Assembly (NCBI GenBank): GCA_965285935.1
Contig: OZ260663.1
Span: 78,926,001-78,990,000, forward strand
DNA length: 64,000 bases
Origin: Ophelia neglecta
Taxonomy: Eukaryota
Direction: 5' to 3'
The position numbers were made by a program, and so were the translations under genes. The notes under the pieces were generated by a model. That model saw only the letters and a program-made list of their open reading frames with translations. It was not told the DNA's origin and did not search any database. Positions 36,781 through 49,417 of the stretch are shown here, piece after piece; within the stretch, counting starts at the first letter, position 1, and every line of letters starts with the position of its first letter.

Positions 36781-39700
36781 ATGAGAATGGTATGAGTTTT
36801 ATTTTTACCTAGGCATTATTTACTTTATTCGTTCATGTATGCCAGATACTTATGGCCCCTGAATTATGTATACTTTAAGCGCCACAGGCAAAAATCTGTG
36901 CTCATCCCCGTACTGTTTGATGACAGCTGAAAGGATAAGAGATGATAAATGATCTTGATCTCGACCCTTGATCCAGGCATTGATCCACCAACGTCAGGCT
37001 TTATATTGAAAATGACAAGTCTGGCCAAATTTCAAATAACGATCACCCTTTTGCACCATTTCTAAACAATAATGTTTGAGCTGTTGTTTGAGTAGGGTAT
37101 GCGACTAGCGAATTTACATCTTGCATTGGATGGATAAGGGGGTGGGGGGTGGGGTTGGGGGCTTTTAACAGAGTGGTGTGATCCTGGTGTAAGTGGTAAG
37201 GTAATGAGCGAAACGGGGTATCTTAATGCTAAGAAAGGAAATTAAACCAAATTTCTCTAGGTTGTAAGGTTGAAACATAAAAAAAATCTTGTGTAAAGGC
37301 AAAGGATCTAAAAAAGGGTCTCTATAGAGAGACCAAGTCTGGGATATATGACTATCCTATTATAAATATAAAATCCTTAAGGAACTTGCTACAAAAGCTA
37401 TGTTCCACATCTACACTGGCATCACAGGACACATCTTCTACTAATGATTCAACTGCTGACAACCTGGCTAAAAATGATTCGAAATGAAGGGCTGAGGTCC
37501 GAGGTGGTGCTGTAAAAAAAGTTAAACGTCAATATTGGCCCTTAATGCCCAAGCTTTACCCAAATTTTATTTCTTGTTTTATGTTGCTATCACAACCAAC
37601 TTTAGGAGGATTTCAACCAAGAGTTCATCCCTTCATGTTTAATAAGACTGGCTGGTGGACAGTGCCACCCAGAAATTTTCAGCTGACCTTCAACTAGTAC
37701 AGACAACATAAGAATTCAAAGATAAGGGGCGTAAATATGTTGTGCTCCCAAACTGCAAACATTAAAGAAAGGCCATGAAATTTTTATTAAATTGGCTATT
37801 CAATATTAATGTTTGGGCATGTTCAATGTATACATACGTCTTTATATCAAAATTCCTATATGTAAGGGATTGTGGAGTGTGATTACATGTAAGTTTAATT
37901 TTCGAGAAAACTCCCTTTGCTATTTTCATAATGTATCTATTTTAAATATTGGATAACCATTTTTGCTTTCAGGCTTCAGATGAAGCTGTGTCATTATTAA
38001 AAAGGTTTTACTTTCTCCAGCAGGAGAGGGTGCAGACCTACAATCTTTTTGAAGAGTAAGTATGTGATAAACAGCAATTTTACAACTAATTTTATGCATG
38101 TACATATTCATGTACAAGTATGTACCCTACATTGACCTCATTGGAAGGGACACTAACTAGACTTTTGGAGTATTATTCTCCTAAACATGTATCATATGAG
38201 AATGTAAATGAAAAGCCATTAGAAAATGCCAAAATTTTGGTTAACATTTTGTGAATATTCCATTACTTACAATATACGTCGTATAGATGGGTCGCCGAAT
38301 TTATCGCTTTTCATGAGTTTGCATTTGCCGTTTGCAGTAGAATGTGTACGTCACTGCATTGGATACTGTTGTTAGGGAGATTCCGTTCGGATGTCACTCC
38401 GCGCGTCGGCAATTGGCTGGATTGCCGTTATGACGTCTTAGACTAGATTTATAGGGGAATCCCTTCTCCTGATCAACAACTGGTTTACGGACTGGAGAGT
38501 TTGCTGATTGTTTGTGATTATCACGTCCTGAACAGAGGGACATCTAGGCCTGTCTACTGATTCAGCAATCTGAGTGGATTTTACCAATAGTTACTGGTGT
38601 ATGAGTACGAGTACATTCCATGATGAAAGCACTGTGTACCGATTTACGGTGGCGAGTAGTCTACCATAGACACATGAACGGATACACTCATCGAGAAATC
38701 TCCGAAGCCCTATTCATTTCAATTTCAACTGTTGAGAGAGTGTTGCGGAGATGGCGAACTGCCAAATCCCCAGTCCATGAATAGAAGGGATTCTAGTCTA
38801 GTCTAAGATGTCATAACGGCAGTCCAGCCAATTGGCGACGCGCGGAGTGGCATCCGAACGGAATCTCCCTAACAACAGTATCCAATGCAGTGACATAAGC
38901 GTCCCACTGCAAGCGGCAAATGCAAACTCATGAAAAGTGATAAATTCGGCAACCCATCTTTACGACGTATATTGTAAGTAACTACAGGCTGAAAGGGGTT
39001 ACACATATTGTCATTGCTTGAGCAACAGGCAGATGGAATTGGTAGAGGCCTTGTCGAATGTACATATTTGTTAACAACTATTTCCAGCAGGCCTACCTTG
39101 ATTTCAAGTTACAAGTATGGTACATGTATTAGGTGCTAGTGCACTGCGCCATTATTTTGGCTCTATGACTTTGACCTTGAATTTGTAATCTTGACCATTG
39201 AAATCGTGACACAGACATATCCCAAAGAGTCTATGCAGGTATATAATTTTTCTCTCACCAAGTGAATCTGCATGCGACTTAATAGTGTCCAGGTGAACTT
39301 GCATAACATTGCGTACTAACTCTTTATTTAAACAGCAGATTTTGGTGACATTGTGGTATTGCAGCAAACACTTTCCATTAATCAATCCCCCCTTCCCTTC
39401 ACCAATTTATGTTGTGTTCTAAACACTTTGAATTGCTGGAAACGGTGTCAACTAGTCTATTTGATGACTTTTTTTCAGTGTGTTTCAAAGTATTATTGCT
39501 ATAGTAAATTGTTTATATTTCAGAGGACATCAAGCGTACCTTTTGGGAGCTCCTAATTATAATTTTCCCATGTATCGCCAGCTTGTTCATGAAATCACAC
39601 AGTCTTTTAAGAAGATATCAGATGAAATCATGGATATTGAATGCAAATTACGAAATGAGCACCACTGGCCAGAGATTGCCAATTTTGTCTTGAAAGTGCA

Positions 39701-40410
39701 AGAAGTTGAAAAAACCAAGCTTGAACTCGTGAGTTCCTAAATCCTATAAAGTCAAAGCATGCAAACATTATGTTAACTGTTTGTTTGCAATTCTGTAACA
39801 AATAGATTTTCATTGTTTGAAGACTAAGTTCATCAACAAATTATAATATTTAATTTGTTTATCATAACTGGGTGGTACCAAAAATTGTTTGTTCCAAGCC
39901 TTGGCTACAATTTTTTGGATCAAACTGAATATTTATTTTGTCAATTAGCCTTAAACTAAAAGTGTCCTAAAATATTAATGTTTTGATATCTTTGTTCATT
40001 TCAGACTGCCAAATTACAGATTGCCAAACAAAATTCCATTGACCACACGGAGGACGTTACGTATCAGGAGGAGGCAGAAGATCTGAAACAAGAGTAAGTT
40101 TAATCAGGACTAACTTGATGATCATCGAATTTTCCAGAAGATAAAGCGATCTTAGCCTGTTACCACTGATGAGTGGTTATGAACCAGGATTTGGGGACTT
40201 ACATGTAGCTCTGTATTATCAAGGTTTGCCTTATGACAAATACAAGTGGGGATTATTTCTGATTGGTGCTAGGTCACCCTTCATGGTATTATTCACATTA
40301 TTTATTAATAGTTAGTCAATTTTGTTAACAGATTACGAAGTGTGATAGAACGGATAGCAGAACATCTGGAAGAGCTCAAGTATGAATCTGAAGACTTGAT
40401 GAGTTTATGA
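36781..40410 (+). CDS. REX1BD: Required for excision 1-B domain-containing protein (C19orf60 homolog), ~154 aa
   Basis: Exons 36781-36789 (least certain), 37973-38055, 39524-39728, 40005-40093, 40332-40410; phase-compatible (465 nt). LLKRFYFLQQERVQTYNLFEEGHQAYLLGAPNYNFPMYRQLVHEITQSF...VQEVEKTKLELTAKLQIAKQ...LEELKYE resembles REX1-B proteins. Confidence 0.85.
38266..38978. mobile_element. Long-TIR (foldback-like) non-autonomous DNA transposon in REX1BD intron 2
   Basis: ~200-bp imperfect inverted repeats (38266-~38467 vs ~38783-38978) starting CTTACAATATACGTCGTA / TACGACGTATATTGTAAG; TA on both flanks. Confidence 0.88.
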
Positions 40411-41614
40411 GATAGTGCTAGAATCTATGTGATGGGAATTAATTGTGTAAGTTTGTGTATACAAGAAAGAGATTGGACTATTGCGTTTGCCAACATGTTT
40501 GCCAGTGTGAAAAAAAACAGTGATTTTAAAGGAAGCAATGTACTCCCTGAAAGGAATGAAAAACAAAATATTCACCATTCGCTTGAGAGGGCTGCACTTA
40601 AGGATTGTATTTTGTTGGGTTCACTCTGTGAAATGGAGAGATTCGATGTACAAGTGCATATTTGAAGTGTACTTTTTAAGTTTTCTTGTTGCAGCTGGGT
40701 AGAACTGCTAATACATAAGCAACACATTTTACATCTTGGCCCCTTATCATTAAATTCTTCTAAGCTTTAATACCTTTGAAGTAGTGGTTGCATTGTAGAC
40801 CAAGCTCTGCTGGAAGCCAGGAACAGGCTGAACACTATCTTACATCACAATAGGCTAATGGCAAAGATAAGAGTCTATATATGCAATACAGGAAAGAGAG
40901 GGTGGACAATCCAGTAATAGTCCAATCAGATTTCTGCTTACTGCCTATGGGAGTACAGAGTTAGTGAGAGTACTGGTTATGCCTTTCCTGAATTATTATT
41001 TCTGTTGCTTTCAATGTGATTTGTTTTGTATTAAGATACTGTAACGCACCAATGTTGCAAAAGGTTAGCTCGAAAAACATGCATTTATCTTGAGGCTGAG
41101 TATTTTTGTCCGTTCCAACTGGGTAATTTACAATGGTTAACCGAATGCACCTGACACATCTGTCAGGTAGTAAAGCATCCTCCAATACAGTGGCTGGGCA
41201 GATTGAAGTATTCAAATTATTAGAGTGCACATGAAAGTTTCATGTTTTGCAGTATTAGTTTATATCGAAATTGTCGTTGCTGTATGCGTTCGGAGTTCTG
41301 TTAGCAAATTTATGTTTGAATGTGTTTTTAGCTATAGCTGAGGGAATAACGCTGTGGACCAATTTGAAAAAACAAATAGCAAATTATGTCATTATTGAAA
41401 GAATTATGTTAGATATTGGAAAAGGCTTCTGCTTCACAGATTGAGAATATTAATATGTTGATAAACATGCTTATAAGTATGAATATTTAAAAGCATTCTG
41501 TGGAACATGATGTAAGTAAACTGTGTGTCTTTCAAGATGCAGTTACAAGATTTCAGCTATAAATGTTTGATGGAAAATTTAGCTTTCAGTGATGACATAA
41601 AAGATGTAGTTGAT

Positions 41615-41686
41615 TGTGGGCTGTAGCTATATTTGAGACAATTTAGAATATGTGGGCTGTAGGTATATTTGAGACAATTTAGAATA
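41615..41686 (+). repeat. 36-bp tandem duplication
   Basis: TGTGGGCTGTAG(C/G)TATATTTGAGACAATTTAGAATA twice. Confidence 0.85.
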
Positions 41687-44637
41687 TAGATATATGATGT
41701 TTTTATGTAAGGCCAGTTACAATTTGTGTTCTGTTCTCACTGTCTCAGACAACCAAAATCCACAAATATAAAACTTTTGGCTCAGGAACACAATTCTCTG
41801 CATGACTATCACATGAGTCACAAAGCAGACACAACTAATGGTAGCATTTAATGTATTTTTGTTGGTGCTTTGTAACAAAGTCTGTTATGTTACAGAATTC
41901 TTGGTGTTTACTATGACCACATCCTTGTTTTTAAATATGGCAAATTTGCACTTGTAATTGTTTAGAAAATATAACTATTGGCCAATTTGTACATGCATAC
42001 CACATGCATACTAATGGTATGATCATGAACTGTTAGACATTGCTCAAAGTCTTTGCACAAAATTACGTTTGAAGGTGACACATATTAAGACTAAACACAG
42101 TACTTGCAGTATAATACTGGTTCATAAGACTATAGAAACTTTAGACTATAGACTGTTTTAAGACTATAGAAACTGTATTACTTCTTGTCTTCCTCGGCAT
42201 CTAACTCTAAACCCGTCTTCTTGAACAAACTGTGTACTTTTTGTACACCATATTCGTATGTTTTTCTGCCAGTGGTAACTGGGTAAGTATTACTGTTTTT
42301 GACAGTATTATTATAGACTTTCAGGTGGAAAGAAAAAATAAATGCCCCTCTATCAGTGAATCTCTACTACTATACCAGTATAGAAATTGTTGCCGTCATA
42401 ACCATACTGTACAGCAAATAAAGATGTTTTTTTTTATTTAAACCAGTTGAGTTGTGTTCTATTCTATCAGCTGGCTGAAATACTAGCAGCTCACTACTAG
42501 CCTGTCAAGCTTTCAAGGTCAGTTAAACTAAAATACAGATTTGAATATCCCTTGCCTTGGGTTACCAGTCACAGCTGACTATTGACCAATCACAACCAGG
42601 TAATAACACATCTAGACAGGTTGCAAGAATAAGGACAAGTGATTCCCAAGACAAGCTTGGTCAGGTTTCAGACCCTGTCTAGTGTGTGTTTGATAGGACC
42701 AGTTGGATATAAGATCAGTAAGCCTGGCTCAGCTTCTAATCTACCAGTAGGGGGCAGCACTACTATACATGTATAGTTGAAACCATTATTAGGGCTCATT
42801 GTAATCCATATAGGCATCAGACAAAAATTACACAGTAATGGAGACTTGATTTTGGTAATGTAGACTTTCAAGTCATCACTGCCAGAAATATGTTTTGAGA
42901 GTTCAGAAATTGGGCTTCAATACAAAACTACGAGAGAGCAAATGTGCACAACTGTTGCATAACATGGTATGTCGGACCACAAAAGACACAACAATGAAAA
43001 TGTGAGCATCGGAGAGCTATAATGCATATATTTTATGCAAACAATAATATGGTAGACAATTGGGACAATCATTGACTTCAATGTACACTTAGGCAGTTGC
43101 ATTTTAATATTTCCTATATAAAGGCTGTGGTAAGATCATTAAATTACTGAACTATAACTGTCAAATAGCGATATAGCCCAACAGTATCTTTACATTACAA
43201 TTCAGATACATGTTTCTATATATTTAATTAACTTTATTTCATACATTTAAATACAACAGATCTGATAAATGCTGTTTATGGAGAGAAATTAGGCGGAGTC
43301 TGGACGGACTTATAGTGACACAATTAAGTATAGGCCTACATTCAAATCATTCCATGGTCAATTGAGGTCTTGTGATTCTAAATATTTCAATGGAGCCTTC
43401 TGAGGTCCTTAACTAAATTGGAATCCCTAAAAATTTGTTATTTCACCTTAACGTCTAGGAAGAAAAGGCCACTTAAATTCCTAGTGTTAAATTCCCATGC
43501 CCAGCTGAAAGTGTACAACTAGCCACCTGCTTGCCACTCTTTCTTTAACAACAAACAGGTTTCTATGTGAGAATTGTGGCCGATGGTTAGCAGTTTGCAA
43601 TATCTTCAGATGGCCATATTTGATTGCCCTGTTAGCGCCACAAGTGCACGTTTGAATTACATTCAACCTTAGGATAGCAAGTTACTCAATTTTATATACT
43701 GGGTAACAATTTGTCTTAAAAATTAGTTTACTGGCTACTTTTAAATAACTGTGTTCATGGTAATATTATCCATTTCTATTCACTTTCCTAATAGCTTAAC
43801 CCCAAATCTATCAACCTGTATCCCGACATTACTTACACTCAAGCCAGATTAGTTACCATACTACTTACAGGCCACGAAATTGAAGGCATTTACTTAGGTT
43901 ATTTTAATTCAGCAACAGGACTTACTTTAAATCCAATTGTTTTCACTCAACACAAAAGGCAGCAATAGACCGGCATATAGGGTCAGGTTTATTCTAATTT
44001 TCAATATGCAGGGTTCAGATTGGCCCCATGGCCATCGAATTAGGAGGAGCCACTTCTAGTCTAGTATTTGAAATGTTCATTTTTAAGGTGCTTCAAACCA
44101 AAGATCCCTGGTTAAGTGCATTAAAATTTGGCACTATCTCAGTATATGATCAGCCAATTTGCCTTCAAATCACACTGTCAATATAGTACTTAACTGAAAG
44201 GAAGTATTCTGCAGGTAGAATAAGTACCTAAATGAGGACAGACAAATACAAGTTCCTTAAAAAAGTTGACCCCTTTATTGATAGTTTGGTGCTCCATTTG
44301 ACCTTTCACCTAAAATGGCCTTGAATATTTTGTTAATCCAGTCAAATTAAATAATAAACTAGGTTATAAGATACAAACATGAATCCTGTAAATATTATAT
44401 ATTTTTAATCAAGTAATATACAAATGTTTTTGTTCCACACAATAAATTGGCCACTCAGAAAACTATCCACTCGCTTGTTCAGAAACTTTTCAAGCCAGAT
44501 GATGTCAAGTTAACAGCAAAGCACACAAGACTTCTAACAATCCCTTTCCTCCTAGCACTGGGCAAGTGTAACCCTCTGCCAGCTTGGTGGACACCGTTCA
44601 TATATAGGATAGGACCAGAGGTAAACAGGAGCACTCC

Positions 44638-46990
44638 CTATTTCACTTCAGCCTTTGATGCCTCATCAAAATTTTCAACTAAGTCTGAAAGTAGAAAAAA
44701 TTATAATAGCCACAATTCTTATATGAATATGCTCTGGAGTAGTTTCCTTTCAAACAAGGTTACCATAAACAAGGACATTTTTCATATACAGGAACATCCA
44801 AAAGTACTTTCAAACTTAACATACTGGTCACAGGACATTTCCTAGCAGAGAAATGCTAGAAACTGATTTTCCATGGAAAGTATGGTAATGTAGGGAACCT
44901 CATACAGACAAGTTTTGCAACTTTGTCATTTTCATGCTTGTGAACATTCCTGATTAACAGAGGCCACCAGAAAAGATCTATCAGCTTTAAAAGTGTAGTT
45001 TAAAGAATCATACCGGGGACCTCGTCATCCTCCTCGTCGATTTCTTCGGTAGCTGGTTTCAGACTCTCGCCGATACCTAAGTGGGAGAAGTTTGTTTTAT
45101 AATAAAGAACACATCCTGAACAATTCTTTGTTTAGATCAGAAAACACAGATGGTTGTTTCCACACAAACTTGCCATTCACTGAAATCTCAGACAAGAACA
45201 TTGGTGAAAACAATTATTTTCAAACTTGTATCTTTGTAAATCTACTCCCAGGCAAATTTGAGTTCCTCTCGGCAACTTTTTGCGACTTTCCTTGAGTGCT
45301 TTAATGGTTATGTTTTCGCACTGGACTAAATTTGTCCTTGGCGGAAAAGACACTCCATGTGTCTTTAAACTTTGTGGCAAGAGATCTGCAGGGCCTACAT
45401 ATACATATGGATACAATATTCGCCCGTTTAATTTCATGGCCACCAGAATTTCTTGAAATTCAGGGATTTAAAACCCACAAACATTTTTACTTGGACAGTA
45501 TGGTTTCTCTCTCTTCTTTCTACACTGGTTTACATTTTTGGCAATGCAATATAAAGAAATGCCTATATCAGATCTGTTGAGCTTTAACTAACAATCATGT
45601 GCTATCAAAGTTATTAACAGTGTCATCACTTAAGGCATTTTATCAGAAATCTAAACAAAAAATTAACATCACCAGCTCCATAAATACATACCACTGCTAG
45701 ATACAGTTGTTGCAAGTTTCTTGAGGTTAGATAAGCTCTCTGCCCCAAGCTGGTTCAGTATACCGGGGAGCATTTCAGTAATTTCTGGAAAAAATTTAAA
45801 TGCCAGAGTTAAAACTTAATGTGTTACTAAAACATCAAAGTAAAATTAACTGCCCCATCCCATTTTCAAAATACCAGTTTATCCTTCAACAGCATGTTTC
45901 ATAGCCCTTACGTTTGTTTTCTGCATGCCCAGTGACTGCAAATGTGTTTGCAGCTAGGGAAGCCTGGACTTTGGGGTTGTTAAAGTGTATCACTTGACCG
46001 TCTTCTTTAATCATATTCACCTGTAAAAAAAGAACACAATCATAGTCGAGAGACAAAGCTGAGCATTTGTGATTTTTCTGCATGACTGAACCTGTTCAAA
46101 TAACTCACCAGCTTTTTGTCACAGGTAGAGGCATTTATGAGAAACTCATGTTCCTCCTGGCAGTATCCCCAAAAGTTTATTTTTAATCTTAATAATTTAT
46201 TATATGGCATGTAGCGTTTTGAGGAGTCATTTCTAATACCACCTAAGATGCCACCTTTTTCCTTCAGATCTGTTGAGCTTTATGTGAAATATCATAATTG
46301 TGTCAATCAAAGAATTGATCATCATGGGAAATTGGCATTATTTATTAACAAAAAGCAAAAATAAATTGGCCACAATATTAACAGCTTTCATGATTTATCC
46401 AGAGTTGCAACCAAGTCTTATCATCAAAAGAAATCAATTGGCTCCACACAGAGTTTTGGTACTAGGGTGCTGCAGCATAATGACACCACCTAGTTGTGAA
46501 GGTTTCATAAAAGCTTCTGAAGTAACATTGCCAAGGGAAATATTTGGAACAGAATGTTTTTTTAAATATCAAAACAACCTACCTCCTCTATGCCAGGGAT
46601 ATTATTGACAGCAAGCTTTTTCAAAGAACTCTGGAGCTTTTTGTCATCTGTGGTGGCAGTTCTATGTACAACCTTCTTTTTTCTCCTTGCAGTACCCTAC
46701 AAAATGCATTTTTGAATCATTGTGTGTATTTGCAGAAAGTTATCCGATATGATACTTCAAACTATTTTAGATGCCACATTTTTTCTTCAGATCTGTTGAG
46801 CTTTATATGAAATATCACAGTTATATCAATCAATGTATAGATCATCACAAGGGCATATCTATAAAAAAGGGCCACAATATATTCCATTAATGTTCCAACA
46901 ATAAAGTTTAGCTGTGCAAAATGAAACATAAATTACCTTTCCACCAATTCGCACTTGAGCCTGAAGCAGTTTTAACTTTTCAGCATTCAT
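44638..46990 (-). CDS. BTF3L4: Transcription factor BTF3 homolog 4 / nascent polypeptide-associated complex beta subunit, 159 aa
   Basis: Exons 46990-46937, 46696-46583, 46020-45912, 45784-45692, 45076-45014, 44684-44638 (480 nt). [90 protein letters not shown]...[13 protein letters not shown]...[15 protein letters not shown]. Confidence 0.97.
45568..45629 (-). ncRNA. Box C/D snoRNA, copy 1 (BTF3L4 coding intron 4)
   Basis: GTGATGA(C)-CACTGTTAATAACT-TTGA(D')-...ATGATTG(C')-...AAAGCTCAACAGAT-CTGA(D); 8-bp flanking stem AAATGCCT/AGGCATTT. Confidence 0.85.
46264..46325 (-). ncRNA. Box C/D snoRNA, copy 2 (BTF3L4 coding intron 2)
   Basis: ATGATGA-TCAATTCTTTGA-TTGA-...ATGATAT-...AAAGCTCAACAGAT-CTGA; flanking ATGCCA/TGGCAT complementarity. 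Confidence 0.87.
46787..46848 (-). ncRNA. Box C/D snoRNA, copy 3 (BTF3L4 coding intron 1)
   Basis: GTGATGA-TCTATACATTGA-TTGA-...GTGATAT-...AAAGCTCAACAGAT-CTGA; the D box is ~90 nt upstream of the 3' splice site, a typical spacing. Confidence 0.87.
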
Positions 46991-47262
46991 GTTTGTATAT
47001 TATTTGAAGCTGAAAACAGAAAGAGATGTAATATTAATATACTAAACAATGTAGTGATTTACTACACTAGTCATAAACAAGTTATTAATGGTATGTTCCA
47101 TTTTCTCAGAGAGGTCTCGCTCATTTATTAAAATGACATTACAATTTCATGCTCGGAGGAGGGAATGCCACTGGAATACCCCTCTTGCAAAGTTAACTTT
47201 CCAGAAAAATGTAAATACAGGTTGGTCTTAAAGTGGGATATGTCTAGTTGCTTGCATTTTCT

Positions 47263-47323
47263 TCAGATCTGTTGAGCTTTATGAGAAATTTCACAGTTTA
47301 TCAATAAAAGAATAGATCATCAT
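47263..47323 (-). ncRNA. Box C/D snoRNA, copy 4 (BTF3L4 5' non-coding region)
   Basis: ATGATGA-TCTATTCTTTTA-TTGA-...GTGAAAT-...AAAGCTCAACAGAT-CTGA; terminal stem TTTCT/AGAAA. Confidence 0.85.
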
Positions 47324-47839
47324 AAGAAATGGGGTACTGACAACAACAAGATCCACATAGTCTATGTTACTAGAGATTTACACAATGTGTTGAGGGTTAT
47401 ACGTTTTCTTTTGTTAAGGTACATGAAAGGTAAATGAATTTCAACAGAATAGTTCACTCTTAAAAGCATTTCTAATATTTAGAACTTAAATAGAAGTAAA
47501 AAGATTCCGCACAAGTGTGAAATAATTGTGGCTCTTAGGTAAACTTGCCAGAGAACCCCAGAGAGTGTCAATGTCCATTTTCCACAGACAGCTCACTGCA
47601 GCTAATGTAAAAACAACATTCTTTGTAGAGACATTTGCGGAGGTATTTCTCAGTACTCAAGATACCTTAAACTAGTATTATGCACATATGACACTAGATG
47701 TTTCAAATTTCCTGAACAACCCCTTGTTCTGCCGTCAATGTGCCACCCTGGTGTCACACTAACCCACAATAACATAAGCCACATTAATTGACCCCCTCAA
47801 TTTGACATTTCTCGACAGGAAAATTTGCATATTGTATCG

Positions 47840-47988
47840 TAATTGTGACTGCCAGCGTTTGGCAGTTCAGCCGTAATCTTTATAAAAAAGATTGCCCCAA
47901 ACAAGTCACTGTCACAAGTAGGCACTGTGGCGATATGACCGATCAGTGTCGAAAGCCACGTAAAAACCCCAAACAACAACAACAACCT
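47840..47988 (+). mobile_element. Probable SINE 3' part
   Basis: Ends ...GTGTCGAAAGCCACGTAAAAACCCCAA(ACA)4, a tail structure typical of invertebrate SINEs; no head region identified. Confidence 0.45.
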
Positions 47989-48222
47989 TGATGTCGGCAC
48001 ATAGGCCTACTACAAACAGGCCAACACAGCATCTCATTGTGGCCGACTCTGGTACCATCAGTGCGGCTGTCAAACAGCCATCAGAGCCTCAAAGCGCCTG
48101 AAAAAGTGCCAACTTGGATACAGAGTATTGGAATATACCTCTGGCAAAGCTTACTTTTAGAAATCTGAATAAATAGGATAGGTTGATCATGTTGCCGGAC
48201 ATGGCTAGTTCTGTGAATTTCT

Positions 48223-48283
48223 TCAGATCTGTTGAGCTTTATGTGAAATTTCACAGTTAATCAATTTAAGAATAGATCATCAT
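48223..48283 (-). ncRNA. Box C/D snoRNA, copy 5 (BTF3L4 5' non-coding region)
   Basis: ATGATGA-TCTATTCTTAAA-TTGA-...GTGAAAT-...AAAGCTCAACAGAT-CTGA; terminal stem ATTTCT/AGAAAT. Confidence 0.85.
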
Positions 48284-49417
48284 TAGAAATAAAGTACAGA
48301 AAAAACAACAAAAGAACAAAAAAGAGAAACTTTCCAAGCAAGAGAGTTGATGGACCTTTACTCCTTTCTATATGGACGTTTCCATGCTTTTATCTTGATT
48401 TTACATACTCTCCAACTGCAACACTGATGCAAGTCAGATCCTATTACACACTACTTGCCTGAAAATTACTACTTATCAACATGTTTTTTAACATAACCAA
48501 AGTGATAATAATAGGTATAACATAAGGGTGTATGCTCTTCCTTAGTGTGTTTCGCAAGGGCGCCAGTGGCAGGCTGCTAATTATTGGTATCGGGCCACTG
48601 AAGAACAGGGTTGGCATTCTTCCGGGAAGATAGGTATTTCTTCCCTTCCCTGGGAACTTTTTGAAAAATCAAATTACGTTTAATTGTTTACAATATCTTA
48701 TACTTATTTCAATTACCAACATACATACAATTTTATATTAGAAGACATATTTCACTAGAGCCAGTTATCACAGTAGTTATCAAAAAGTGGGCTAATTCAA
48801 AATCGTCATTTATAAAGCCATGATCACAAATGGAGCTTGTTTTTTCTTCATTTTTTTTTGCAATCTTGTTTTCTTACTTGACAGATATTAACAGTATTAG
48901 ATCTTCGCTTATTTTGCAAAAAACTGTTTATATAACATAATTATAGCCACTCTTTTAAGTCCAAATAAGGCTTTGTGTCAACTTTGTAATAAATACAAAG
49001 TCATACACTTTTGTTTTCAGTTGGCAGACAGAATGTTATTTTATAAAAGCCCATCTAAATTGTGGGTTAGGCAATTCTGCAGCTTATTAGCAGGTTTGTG
49101 AACAAAGTTATCAAATTGTAAATGTCAAAATTTGACAACTATATATAGGGAAAAAAAAACCCCATAGAAGTTTGAAAAAATTGCGTCTCCTGAGAAAGCT
49201 CTCCAGATAGTAGCACTCTTCCAGGCGGACAGCACTATAGGGGCTCTTGTCTATTCCATTTTCATTACAGATCCGTAAGTACTGCTAATAAAAATTACAT
49301 TTTGATTCACTTGGGAGTTGATTGGAATATGACTTTGGCAAAGTAAACCTTCCAAAATTGGTAAAATTAGGTTGATCAGACATGATGTGACATGCCTATA
49401 AATTGTGTGCATTTTCT

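Noticed and set aside
41589-41690. GTGATGA box C-like motif downstream of REX1BD
   Set aside because: No CTGA box D or terminal stem at a suitable distance, and not evidently intronic.
44447-44845. 132-aa plus-strand ORF
   Set aside because: Antisense to the BTF3L4 last exon and 3' UTR, non-ATG start, no recognisable domain.
46787-46804. Guide also resembles the complement of mitochondrial 16S rRNA (GACCCTGTTGAGCTTT), suggesting a NUMT or mitochondrial target
   Set aside because: Only ~12 nt of the homologous conserved LSU region match; the flanks are not rRNA-like and C/D snoRNPs act in the nucleolus.
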